From the human T2T-CHM13v2.0 reference genome, Homo sapiens, in assembly GCF_009914755.1 (NCBI RefSeq), contig NC_060927.1: a stretch of DNA of 64,000 bases; one strand, given 5' to 3'. Position numbers and translations under genes: made by a program. Numbering within the stretch: the first letter of the stretch is position 1; each line of letters starts with the position of its first letter. Under the pieces are notes generated by a model. It was not told where the DNA came from and searched no databases. It saw only the letters and a program-made list of their open reading frames with translations. Positions 15,366 through 27,151 of this stretch are shown here, in pieces.

Positions 15366-16320
15366 AAGTATTTTAACAACAGAAAATGTGAGAAAAATGG
15401 TGGAAAATCTTTCAGCCATTCTTACTGAGGGTTGAGTAATGGTATATATAATAGCTGACATGTACTGAAATTTTTGATTTTGCATTTTTTCTCTCATTCA
15501 GTCTGCACCAACGTCAGGCTGGTTAAACCCTCTATGTCCTGCAGCTTTGAGAAGCAGGCTGTTCACACTCAGAAGGGGGTATTATTGTAGTCATATAGCC
15601 TAAAGAAGGATTTCCAAGGAAATGAATTTCTCCATTGAGGAGTCCATCACCTCTGACTTAAAGTGCTGTGTCAGGTGGATCACCTTAAAGATTTGCTCCT
15701 TAGTCTCTGGACTTGGTTGGAGTTTTAAAAAAAACAATCTCTGTTGCATTTCATTTCACATAGTGAGTTCCCACTGGCTTTGATGATGGAAAAGGAAGTA
15801 GCTAGGAAAATGAATCTTTACAAAGTTAGTTTTTTCATATATGGTTATATAAAAACCTATACATACACATACATTTACAAGGAAATTTATTGAAAAAGAA
15901 TGGAAAGTCCAATATTTGCCCGGCCCATTTATAGCCATTGATTAACAGGTGCTTCTATTTAGCTATATTAGAGACAGTGTATTAGAGAAGGAATTTGGCC
16001 TTTTCCCTGTTGTCATGTTTGAAACCTTTTAGGTGTGCAGTGGTGAGTTTAAACTACAAAAGAAATAAGTTTGTTTCAAGAAATGAGAGAATCATTGGGA
16101 GGGAACTTGATTTGGTAGTTATTTTGGGAGGACCTTATGGTGTATTGATTGAAATCAATACTTAGGTGTTGTCTACGTGTAAGGTGTAGTTTTACGGGGA
16201 TGGAGGATGGAGGAAATTGTAATATGTCAGAGACGGGAGACAAAGCCCTGCTAGGTGATGAAGTGGTGTTCAGAGACTAGAGGGAACTAAATGTTAGAAT
16301 ACAGGCAAGTAGAGAAGGTA

Positions 16321-18058
16321 CAGACATTCTTCAGAGATATTATGGGTTCCAGACTGCTACAATAAAGTGAATCACATGAATATTTTGGTTTCGTAGTGCA
16401 TATAAAAGTTATGTTTACACTGTATTGTAGTCCATTAAGTGTGCAATAGCATATGTCAAAAAAAGTAACATCTTAATTAAGGAATACTTCATCCCTAAAA
16501 ATGCTGACAGTCATCTGAGCCTTCACTGAGTTGTAACCTTTTGGCTAGCAGAAGGTCTTGCCTCAGGGTTGATGGCTGCTGACTGATCTAGGTGGTGGCT
16601 GCTGGAGGTTGGGGGTGGATGTAGCAATTTAAGTCTTAAAGTAAGACAGTAATGAAGTTTGCCACATTCATTGACTCTTCATTTTATGAAAGAATTCTAT
16701 GTAGCATGTGATGCTGTTTGGTAACATTTTACAAAATTGGAGTCAGTCCTCTCAAACTCTGCTACTGTTTCATCAACGAAGTTTATGGAATATTCCAAAT
16801 CCTTTGTTGTCATTTCAGCAGTGTTCACAACATCTTCACCAGGAGTAGATTCCATCTGAAGAAACCACTTTGTTTGCTCATTTATGAGAGGCAACTCTTC
16901 ATGCTTAATTTTACTGGGAGGTTGCAGCAATTCAGTCCCATCTTCAGGCTCCCCTTCTAATTCTAGTTCTCTTGCTGTTTCCACATCTGTTGCTGTCTCC
17001 TCCACTGAAGTCTTGAACCTCTCAAACTCGTCCATAAAGGTTGGAATCAACTTCTTACAAACTCCTATGGAAGTCAATATTTGACCCCCTGACACATGAA
17101 TCACAAGTGTTCTTAATGGTATCTAGAATGGTAAATCCTTTCCAGAAGCTTTTCAGTTTACTGTGCCCAGATCCTTCAGAGGAATCACTATCTGTGGCAG
17201 CTATGGCCTAATGAAATATATGTCTTAAATAATAATATTTGAAAGTCAAAATTACTTGATCATGGGCTACAGAATGGATGTTGTGTTAACAGGCATGAAA
17301 ACAACATTAATCTCCTTGTACATCTCCATCAGAGCTCTTGGGTGACCAGGTGCTTTGTCAGTGAACAGTCATGTTTTGAAAGGTATCTCTCTTTTTTCTG
17401 AGCAGTAGATCTCAAGAGTGGGCTTAAAAATATTCTGTAAGCCGTGCTGTAAACAAATGTCCTGTCCTCCAGGCTTTGTTGTTTTATTTACAGAGAACAG
17501 ACGGACTAGATTTAACATAATTCTTAAAGGCTATAGGCTTTTCCAAATGGTGAATTAGCATTGGTTTTAGGTTAGTCATCAGCCATATCAGTCCCTAACA
17601 GGAAAGTCAGCCTGTCTTTTAAGGACAGGCCTTGACTTCTCTTTTCTAGCTATGAAAGTCCTGGATGGCATCTTCTTCCAACAGAAGGCTGTTTTGTCTA
17701 ACTTGAAAATCTGTTGTTCACTGTAGTCACCTTCATCAATGATCCCAGCTAGATCTTCTGGATCACTTGTGGCAGCTTCTACGTCAGCATTGCTGCTTCA
17801 CCTTATACTTCCATGTTGTGACAATGGCTTCTTTCCTTAAACTTCACGTACTAGCTCCTGCTAGATTCCGACTTTTCTTCTGTAGCTTCCTCTCTTAGCC
17901 TTCATAGAATTGAAGAGAGTTGAGGCCTTGCCCTGGATTAGGCTTTTGCCTAAAGGGCATGTTGTGGCTGGTTTGATCTTCTATCCAGACTGCTGAAACT
18001 TGCTCCCTATCAGCAATAAAGTTGTTTTGCTTTCTTATCATTTGTATGACTGCTGAAG

Positions 18059-18104
<46 letters not shown>

Positions 18105-18979
18105 AGATAGAGTCTCATTGTGTTGCCCAGGCTGGAGTGCAGTGGCGCCATCTGGGCTCACTGCAAGCTCCACGTCCCGGGGTTCACGCCATTCTCCTGC
18201 CTCAGCCTCTTGAATAGCTGGGACTACAGGCGCCCGCCACCACACCCAGCTAATTTTTTGTATTTTTAGTAGAGACGGTGTTTCACCGTGTTAGCCAGGA
18301 TGGTCTCCATCTCCTGACCACGTGATCCGCATGCCTCTGCCTCCCAAAGTGCTGGGATTACAGGCGTGAGCCACCGCACCCAGCCTGAAGTAGCATTTTT
18401 AATTTCCTTTGAGATCCTTTCCTTTGCGTCCACAGGTTGGCTGTTTGGCATAAGAGACCTTGCTTCTGGCCTGTCTTGGCTTTTAACATGCCTTCCTCGC
18501 TGAGCTTAATCATTTCTAGCTTTTGATTTACAGTGAGATGTGCGACTCTTCACTTGAACACTTAAAGGTTATTGTAGGTTCATTCATTGGCCTAATTTTA
18601 ATATTGTGTCTCAGGAAATAGGGAGGCCTGAAGTTGGGTGGGGGGTGGGAAGAGAGATATGGGACAGAGACAGGTTGATGCAACAGCCAGAACACACGCA
18701 ACATTTATCCATTAAGTTGGCTGTCTTATATGGGAATGGTTCGTGGCACCTCAAGACATTTACAATAGTCACTCAAAGATGACTGATTACAGATCACCAT
18801 AACAGACATAATAATAACTGAAAAGTTTGAAACGTTGAGGGAATTACCAAAATGTAACACAGAGTCATGATGTGAACATATGCTGTTGGGAAAATGATGC
18901 CACAAACCTTCAGTTTCTTAAAAAATGCAGTATTTACAAAGCCCAGTAAGGCAAAGTGCAATAAAATGAAGTATGCCTG
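16321..18979 (-). mobile_element. Near full-length Tigger1 DNA transposon (TcMar/pogo) with decayed transposase, interrupted by AluY
   Basis: Terminal inverted repeats TA|CAGACATTCTTCAGAGATATT (16321) and AATAAAATGAAGTATGCCTG|TA (18979), TA duplications on both sides. Minus-strand ORF remnants [21 protein letters not shown] and MIRKQNNFIADREQVSAVWIEDQTSHN match Tigger1/TIGD1-type transposase. Confidence 0.92.
18063..18385 (-). mobile_element. AluY inserted in Tigger1, with about 40-nt pure poly(A) tail
   Basis: CTGCAAGCTCC, GGTTCACGCCATTCTCC, CCGTGTTAGCCAGGATGGTCTC; TSD TGAAGTAGC at 18054-18062 and 18386-18394. Confidence 0.92.
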
Positions 18980-19132
18980 TATTTTAGATGGATAAAGCAC
19001 TGTAAACATGGGAGAGAAAGCAACTGGAGCTAGCATGGTGGTGAGAAATGGTAGATAGTGTTTGAAATGATTTTAATTCCTAGCTAAGGAGTTTGTCCTT
19101 AATTCATTAAGAATTGTGGATCAGTTGAAGGT

Positions 19133-19134
<2 letters not shown>

Positions 19135-19167
<33 letters not shown>

Positions 19168-19449
19168 GAGACAGGGTCTCACTCGGTTGCCCAGGCTGGA
19201 GTGCAGTAGAGCAATCTGGGCTCACTGCAGGTTTTATCTCCTGGGCTCAAGCGGCCTTCTGACTTAAGCCTGCTGAGCAGCTGGGACTATAGGTGTGTGC
19301 CACCATGCCTGGCTAATTTTGTTGATTTTTTTGTAACAATGATGTCTCACAGTGTTGCCCAGGCTGGCCTCAAACTCCTAGTCTCAAGCAATCGTCCTGC
19401 CTCAGCCTCCCAAAGTGTTGGGATTACAGGTGTGAGCCACCGCCTGGCC
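19135..19449 (-). mobile_element. AluJ SINE
   Basis: GAGACAGGGTCTCAC and CTCCTGGGCTCAAGC (AluJ diagnostics); long T run. Confidence 0.85.
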
Positions 19450-20613
19450 CATCGAAGGTACTGAACAGTGAAACTGACATTGATTGATTCCGTAAATACT
19501 TATCCAGAGCATTGCCTGGATTATATTAATCATGGGGTGTTAACTCAGCTGAGGCAGAGGCAGGGTCTGACATTGGTGACAGCAGGTGCTGTCTATTGAT
19601 ACTCAAGGTCTATCAGTTTCCTTTCTACTGACTTTCATCCTGATGGTGATAATAGCTACCACTTATTGATTTCCGTGTTGCATGCTTCATGCTAAGTGAC
19701 TCATCCTTACAGTGACTCTGAGGCATATGTATATTATTAATGCCTCTCTTTAAAATGAGATTGAGATTTAGCAGAGGTAAATGCCTTGCTCCAGGTTGCA
19801 CAACTAATATGTGGCAGATCTGAGATTTGGACCCCAGGCCATCCTGTTCCAAAGTCCATTCTGCTAATAGCACTAAATGCTGCCCTACACTACCTCTCTG
19901 GTGGTGTAACACCGCCAGTGACCTTTGTGAGCCTCACTTCATTTGGTGTGCTCTGTATTTGCCTCCATGGCGGGTGTTCCTCCTCTGCTGAGCTTCCATT
20001 TCTCTCTTTAATACTGCAGGTATCCCAGGCCTGGGAGGAGCTGCTTGTATGTAATGTGACACATCTCTGCTGTCACCCATTATGTGTTTATAATTTACGT
20101 GTTTTCATATACTAGAGCAAGGCACAATTTTTGTACTACTAAAACAAAGCACTCAGTGTACTACTGTTTTAGCTATGCATCGGTGACCAAGATCACAGTG
20201 CTAATAACTCTAAAATGGTAGGGTGGACTGCATGACCCCTGAAACCCCTTCCAGGTCAGCCTTCTGTTCCTAGGGTTAGGCATTAACAAGGAAGGAATAG
20301 TGGTTCCAGAATTCTGGATGCTAGGTAGAGTATGGTCCAAAAAAGCTGTCATTCTTTTCAATCCTGACCCCTCACACCACTCTCAGTAACATTCATGATC
20401 ATAAACTTTCTAATAATCTGGCTTCATGGACATTAAGTTCTATTTAACATCAACAACTACACATGTATTCATATCATCTGCATTGCCTGAATTTAGAACT
20501 GCTCTACTTTCAGAGTAGCTTGCATAGTCACTTTCTTTGTATTTTCTACCCCTGAACATTCCCCGCCCCTTCATCTTCAGTATAATCTGTATGTATCCGT
20601 TTCTGTTTTCTTT

Positions 20614-20918
20614 CTTTTTTTTTTTTTTTTTTTTTTGAGACAGACTCTTGCTCTGTTGCCCATGCTGGAGTGAAGTGGTGTGATCTCGGCTCACTGCAAC
20701 CTCTGCCTCCCAGCTTCAAGTGATTCTCCTGCCTCAGCCTCCTGAGTAGCTGGGATTAAAGGCACCCACTACCATGTCTGACTAATTTTTGTATTTTTAG
20801 TAGAGACGGGGTTTCGCCATGTTGGCCAGGCTGGTCTTGAACTCCTGACCTCAGGTGATTGGCCTGCCTCTGCCTCCCAAAGTGCTAGGATTACAGGTGT
20901 GAGCTACCTCACCCGGCC
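20614..20918 (-). mobile_element. AluSx/Sz SINE
   Basis: Full dimer; TSD TTCTGTTTTCTTT at 20601-20613 and 20919-20931. Confidence 0.9.
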
Positions 20919-20939
20919 TTCTGTTTTCTTTTTGTCACC

Positions 20940-21060
20940 TGAAACTGGGGCCTCACTCCAGACCAATTAAATTAGAAACTGATGGGTTGGGGCCTAAGGC
21001 AGTGGTATTTGTTAAAAGTTCCCGTCACCATTCTGCTGTGCACTCAGGGCTGAGAGCTGA
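20940..21060. mobile_element. MER5A-like fragment
   Basis: GGGCCTCACTCCAGACCAATTAAATTAGAA...GGGGCC...CATTCTGCTGTGCAC.CAGGGCTGAGA. Confidence 0.5.
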
Positions 21061-23210
21061 GTTGAAAATAGGCCCGTCTGGCCACTGTCCGCTCATTGGT
21101 CCGGTTTCATTACCATTCTCTAGTCGTGAATAATTATAAACATTATTAATAATTATTAAGGAGTACAGTACTAGTCACTATGTGTTATTTTCTATTTTTA
21201 ATTTTTAATTGCAGTTTTACTAATCCGCATCCACTCGACTGTCTTATGTCCCAGAGCCCTGTAGCTATCTGATTGACATAACTTTAAGTCAGTTAAATAC
21301 ACTTAAAGCACAGGGTTAAGAGGGCTTTATTTATGGACTCCCAAAAGGAGTTCAGATTGTGGAATAGTATATTCAGCAACGTTTTTAAAAAAGATATGCA
21401 TATGTTTATAGAAACATTCATGCATACTTAGAGTAGAAAAGATGGAAAGATATATATGAAAATATTTTGTGATTATAGGTGATGGCCTTACAGATGGTTT
21501 TTCTTTTCATGTCTGCAGTATAAATTTTCTATAATGAACGCGTATTTCTCCTATATTTTAAAAAATCTTAAAAAGGAGATATACCCTAGACAAAATAGGG
21601 GTGTATGAATGTGTGTGTTATTAATATTTTTAGCTCCTGAGGCTAAAATATTCAGTGGGGATATTGAGAATAGTACCATACTGACAGTGAGTTAATAGCA
21701 AGGGTTGGCATACAAAAGTTAGGATTTGGATCCTTGTTATTTTTGTTTTTGCTTATTATAGCTAAGCTAAACTTGTCTCATCTGATGGTTGGTATTTCGT
21801 TTTGTTGAACAAGTGAGTGTCATGAGACTGTTAGTCCATAACAGGACAGAAGAACATGATGACATAGATAGTTTACTGTTTTTAATGCCAATGGACTAAC
21901 TTTAATATCTGTTATCGGTGCTTTCAGAAAAACTATTAAACTAGGAACAGAATGTCGACCTAGTATTTGTTCGTCTTTTCGCATTGGCTTGTTACCGAAG
22001 TTTAACAACTCCAGCGTGCATTTGAATTTGAATTTTAAATAAGACACAATTAAAATAAGTGGTTTAGATGAAAACTTAACAGTAGTTATCTCTGGGTTCT
22101 GTTAAATAATTTTAAGGGTATTTAAAAAGTAAAAACAAAGCACTCAGTGACTAGCAGATGTTTAGTTTCTACTCTTTCTTTTGTCAAAATAGAAGGTGGG
22201 AGAACCTATTGCTGAATAATGGGAAAACAGCATTGTGTGGTAATGTTTCAGTAGGGTGTTTTCTTCTGAAATGCTGTTTTGCTAATCCTTGGGGAAATTT
22301 GGCTGTGAGCATGCAATTATTACATTTTTATCCACAGAATGGGCTAAAGTTGGCATCACATCCCTCATGGTTGCCAGAGGCAACACACTGATTTAATTTG
22401 TGCCCCTGTGGCAGACATTTTTGAACAATTTCAGTGATTTTTTTCCTGTTGCTACTTTGGTTGTTTCCTTTCCAGTATCCCACTGTTTGTTGCTCCCCAA
22501 CCTCTCTGATTTCACCCTCCCTGAGTTTTGAGACACTTGGTGTTGGTTGAGGAGAGTAGAATAATTGAAGATCCAGATGATTGTCCTGAGGGAAGCCATG
22601 CGGGTGTCCCTGACACATCCTGGGGCAGTGCGGGTTGGAATGCTTTCATGGTCCAGCCCGCAGTGAATGAATGTCTGTCCTCTTAAAGACTGACAAAAAC
22701 AAACAAATCTTAATTAGGCATATTTGAAATTCCATGTGGAGCCTGAAAAATGGATCCTAAGAGAGCTGCTTTTGGGGGATTTTGAATTCTTTTGCTGTGG
22801 AATTTGAGATTCCTTGAGATCTCCCCTTCACGATTCTGTCCTGCTTTGCCTTTGTTTTTTTGATATACTAACTGATGTTTAACAAGGAGGATCACCAGAT
22901 GGACCCAATTCGAGAGTGAACATCTCTTCTCCTAGGTTAAGAGTCACAGAAGCACAAGGGTAGAGCTGCCTGTTTCTCCGAGAGCTGGCTGCTGCCACAG
23001 GGCAGGCCACCTCACACTAGCATGCGTTCTCTAAGGGCTTTGGGTGGGTATCCTTTTCTGAGCACTGCTTGTACAGGCACAGATCATTTTTAGGGAGCAG
23101 ATGTTTGTTTTATCAGTACACCCTCGAGATAATCAGAATGGGGAAGAAAACATGTAATTCTTGTACCCATTGTGTCTAGAAACTCATATTTTTCTTTTTT
23201 TAAAATGCAG

Positions 23211-23380
23211 AGTGGACACAGATATCTACCAGATATCTTCGAGAGCAGTTGGCCAAGATTTCTGACTTTTACCACATGGCCTCCAGCACGGGCGATGGCC
23301 CTGTCCCTGTGCCACCAGAGGTGGAGCAAGCCATGAAGCAATGGGAATACAACGAAAAGCTAGCATTTCACATGTTCCAG
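23211..23380 (+). CDS. MED12L: MED12L coding exon (MED12 exon 5 equivalent), 170 nt, phase 1 to 0: (E)WTQISTRYLREQLAKISDFYHMASSTGDGPVPVPPEVEQAMKQWEYNEKLAFHMFQ
   Basis: Acceptor ttttctttttttaaaatgcag|AG, donor CAG|gtaacc, open frame. Not listed on + in the ORF track. Confidence 0.95.
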
Positions 23381-25099
23381 GTAACCTTTTGAAGACATGC
23401 AGAGTTGTGTGCAATGCTTTTAAGAAGACAGCAAATTCCTTATAGTTTGGTGTTCTGGGGTTAAATCCTATTTTACATGAACCAATACATTCAAAGAAAG
23501 CAGTCTGACATTTCTCACATCGAATTGTATTCAGGGTGACACATCTGCCCTGGGATGACAGCTTATTATACATATTGATCTCCAGCTTTCAATCATGTTA
23601 GCTCTTTTAGTGCTATTAATTAGTTCGTAATTGCACTATTAAATGTAATCCTTCTAAACCTTTTATTTTGCAAAATTGGATATATTTATTTAAAAACACC
23701 TTTGTGCTGATGCCTTCTGTGGTAGCAGACCTCCTTTAGACCTAAGTTGTTCCAGAGAAAGGTCATCTTAATTCAGCTGCAGCTGAAAATACAAACAGAG
23801 CTGAGGGGAGGGGTAAGGGCGTTTAGGAATGACTGAACTCTCACCCAGACAAGCTGATGTAAATAATGTTGACCAGAAGAGGGCGTTTGGGCTCTTAATT
23901 ACCTTATTCATGGTAAGGTAAGAGAGATGACTTCAGTTCAAGTCTTATTATTAGCAGAGATTTTAGTGCCTGTTATCTTGATTAAAGAGGGAGGGGACAT
24001 GTGGTTTCTAAATTTTCCCTTTAGAACCTTTATTATAATTTTCATGCTCCTCTTCTAAGAGGTCAACATAGGAAAAAATAAGGTCTTTTTGAGAAGTAAT
24101 ATTGTTAGTTTTTAAGTCAGTAAAAATAAATTCTAGTTCCATTTAGAAGAGGGACTACTTTAGTGCTGCCCTGAGCTTTTATGACTTTTACTGGGCTCAG
24201 AATTTAGTCTGCATCTTGGAAAAAGTATCTCTCAGCATGTTTAATGGTTCTGGAAGAATTACGTATTAGGAGTATTGAAATTAGAATTTTTTTTTTTTTA
24301 AGAAAGCAGTTAGGTCCTAAAGGAATGAATATAATCGAAATAGTAATGTTAAAATTTAAATGTTCATTATATTTTAATTTGCCGTATTCTGAAATGTGAA
24401 ACACACCCTAATTCATACACGTGAAGACATGTATATGCAGAAACAAGGGCATGGGTATATAAACAAAGCATCTACAGGATGGACTGTTATTTATGAAGAT
24501 TCTCTTTGTTTTTTTGAATCTTGAATTTACCATCTCTTATACCTTAATGGAAAATTCCATTTTGTCTCTTTTTTAAAAAAATTTTAATTAATTTTTAAAT
24601 TGACAAATGAAAACTGTATATATATTTATTTAGAACTCACTTTATTGGTCTTAAAATTTTAAATTGCACTTTTTATGTGACTTTTTAACTATTTTTGACT
24701 GTAAACATTTTAAAAATTAGAAATTAGCAAGATGTCATGTCAATGTGGCCTCACTGTAAACTTTGAAATACTACAACTGTAATTTATCAGTGTAATATTT
24801 TCACATGAATCCTTGATAACCATTGCAGTGGAACACTGGTAATACATAACAGTTGCTAGGAACAAAGTAAGATTTCATATGAACTACTAAGTTTGTTACC
24901 AGAATGACCATAAAAGTATATGTCTTTCCCAGAAAACAGTTTTTTGTTTCTTTCTTTCATTCTGTGAATCATAATACAAAACTATAATAGGATATTAAAT
25001 CTATATGTGCATAGAATGTCATAAAATAATGTGTTTATCTATGTGTATATGCATATGAAGGCAAGAGACAAAAGATGTTTGTAGTGCTTATATCAAGAT

Positions 25100-25352
25100 T
25101 AGTGGTCTCTATAGGGTCTGTGTCACCCCCGTGGGGCATTTTTGGAAATTGTAGGGGGTATTACTGTTTTTTATTGTAGTTGTGTTGAAATGTTTATACA
25201 TTATTTTATCATAAATTCCTTTCATTTCTGTATATTAGGTCATTGATTTTTAAGGTTGTATTTTATAGATAGGTGATAGTATCTGAAACTAATTTTGGGA
25301 TAGTGGAAGAAGCTATTAAGGGGGCATTGGGTCTGATGGGATTTTCACACTT
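25100..25352 (+). mobile_element. MER20B-like hAT element, internally deleted
   Basis: Left end AGTGGTCTCT...CCCCCGTGGGGCATTTTTGGAAATT and right end GGGGGCATTGGGTCTGATGGG resemble MER20B termini. Confidence 0.45.
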
Positions 25353-25738
25353 TTGTTAAGATGATGGCATGAGCAGTGCTTATCTTCTTTATAATTATCA
25401 CTGTTACCCAAGTTTCCTTCTATGAGCATGAGTTCATACTCCCCCGAAATCTAGCCAGGACCCTGACACACACTGGGGGTGTGAAAGCTTCTGAAATTTT
25501 TTTTTTTCATTGTTGGAATGAATTTTTCTCAATTTGGAGCAGATTTCTAAAAAACAAAAAAAACTATACAAAACATATTAGTTATTTGTTTTGTTTAGAA
25601 TTTGGACTGTGAGCAATGAGACTATGTTTAACAACAACAAAAACAGTAGTACAGTTAGACTTAAGCATAAGAATGACAGTGCCTTTTTTGTTTTTTTTCT
25701 TTAACATTATTAATGTAATTTTTCTTTGTTCATTTAAG

Positions 25739-25849
25739 GAAGGAATGTTAGAAAAACACGAATATTTGACATGGATCCTGGATGTTTTAGAAAAGATCAG
25801 ACCAATGGATGATGATCTTCTTAAACTCTTGCTACCACTAATGCTGCAG
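25739..25849 (+). CDS. MED12L: MED12L coding exon, 111 nt, phase 0-0: [37 protein letters not shown]
   Basis: Acceptor catttaag|GAA, donor CAG|gtatag; inside ORF 25616..25855. Confidence 0.95.
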
Positions 25850-26460
25850 GTATAGTACATGTCCCCTTGAGGCAGTTGGTTTTATGGGCAAGAAATGAGC
25901 CTGATAAGAATGATTAGGTAAGTGGAAGAGGAAAAGGAAAAAATATCCTGTTGAAATGGAAGGAAAAAATGTCTTTGATGCTATAACACATGAAGTGATA
26001 AAGGCTTCTAATAAGTTTTAGCCATCATTTGTGTTAACCATGTTGGTAGTTTTTATCCATGTGTCCTAATTTTTAAGTAATTTTACCCACATTGATTTCT
26101 CCTGTCACTGAGCAAAGCAACCAACTTTTAAAATACTGTCTCCATATAATAACACAAATCTCTGTGAAAACAAAACAAATCATCCCTTTTGAAGATAGGG
26201 GATCTTCTACATTCTTTTGACAAGTCTTTGAGACTCTTGGGATAGGAAACTTTTTATTTTGATGATTGGTCTAAGATGTGCTTAAATTTGATGTATCTAG
26301 ATGAGATTTATTTAAAAAAATTCTTACGTGATACATGTATTTGATAATTCAAGGAAGATGGAAGAATATCCAGTGAACAGCACTTCTCCCTTTCACTCTC
26401 ATACCCTCCCCACAGACTATACCATAGGTTCCTGTGTCTCTCCCCTGAGATAGTCTGTAC

Positions 26461-26762
26461 CTGCACTGTCCATTACAATAGCCACTAGCCAGATGTGGCT
26501 ACTGAGCTCTTGAAATGTGACCAGTCCAAATTGATGTGTGCTCTAAGTGTAAAATGCACACCAGATTTCAGACTTAGTATGGAAAAGTGTATAATAGTAA
26601 TACTTTTTATGTTGATTACCTGTTGAAATGATAACATTTGAATATATTGGGCTAAATAAAATACATTATTCTAATTTTTGCCTGTTTCTTATTTTTTTCA
26701 TGGCTCCTAGAAACTTTAAAATTATACGTGTGGCTCACATTCTATTTCTATTGGACAGCACT
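26461..26762 (-). mobile_element. MER33 (hAT-Charlie MITE)
   Basis: Termini CTGCACTGTCCA...TAGCCACTAGCCAGATGTGGCTA and TTTCTATTGGACAGCAC; about 300 bp. Confidence 0.75.
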
Positions 26763-26881
26763 TGCTTTATACCTTTGAAGTTTTTTTATCTTTTTTAAAT
26801 GAAAAAAAGTCTGTGTTAAAATAGTTATTTAACCAAGACGCATAAGACATGACTGAAGTCTGGTGTCCTTCTACTTCTCAG

Positions 26882-27151
26882 TATTCAGATGAGTTTGTTC
26901 AGTCGGCCTACCTGTCTCGTCGTCTTGCCTACTTTTGTGCCCGGCGTCTTTCCTTGCTGCTGAGCGATAGCCCCAACCTCCTTGCTGCCCACTCACCCCA
27001 CATGATGATAGGACCAAACAACTCGAGTATCGGGGCCCCCAGCCCTGGCCCCCCCGGCCCTGGCATGAGCCCCGTGCAGCTGGCCTTCTCAGATTTTCTT
27101 TCCTGTGCACAGCATGGTCCCCTGGTTTATGGACTTAGTTGTATGTTGCAG
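26882..27151 (+). CDS. MED12L: MED12L coding exon, 270 nt, phase 0-0: YSDEFVQSAYLSRRLAYFCARRLSLLLSDSPNLL...HGPLVYGLSCMLQ
   Basis: Acceptor ctacttctcag|TAT, donor CAG|gtaagt; EFVQSAYLSRRLAYFC is conserved in MED12. Confidence 0.97.

Noticed and set aside
16697-17104. 135-aa minus-strand ORF resembling TIGD1
   Set aside because: Decayed fragment of the Tigger1 transposase; the upstream frame is broken by stops and an AluY, so it is not a domesticated gene.
23309-23328. CCACCAGAGGTGG in a coding exon as a CTCF site
   Set aside because: Lacks the GGC core positions and is explained by the codons for PPEV.
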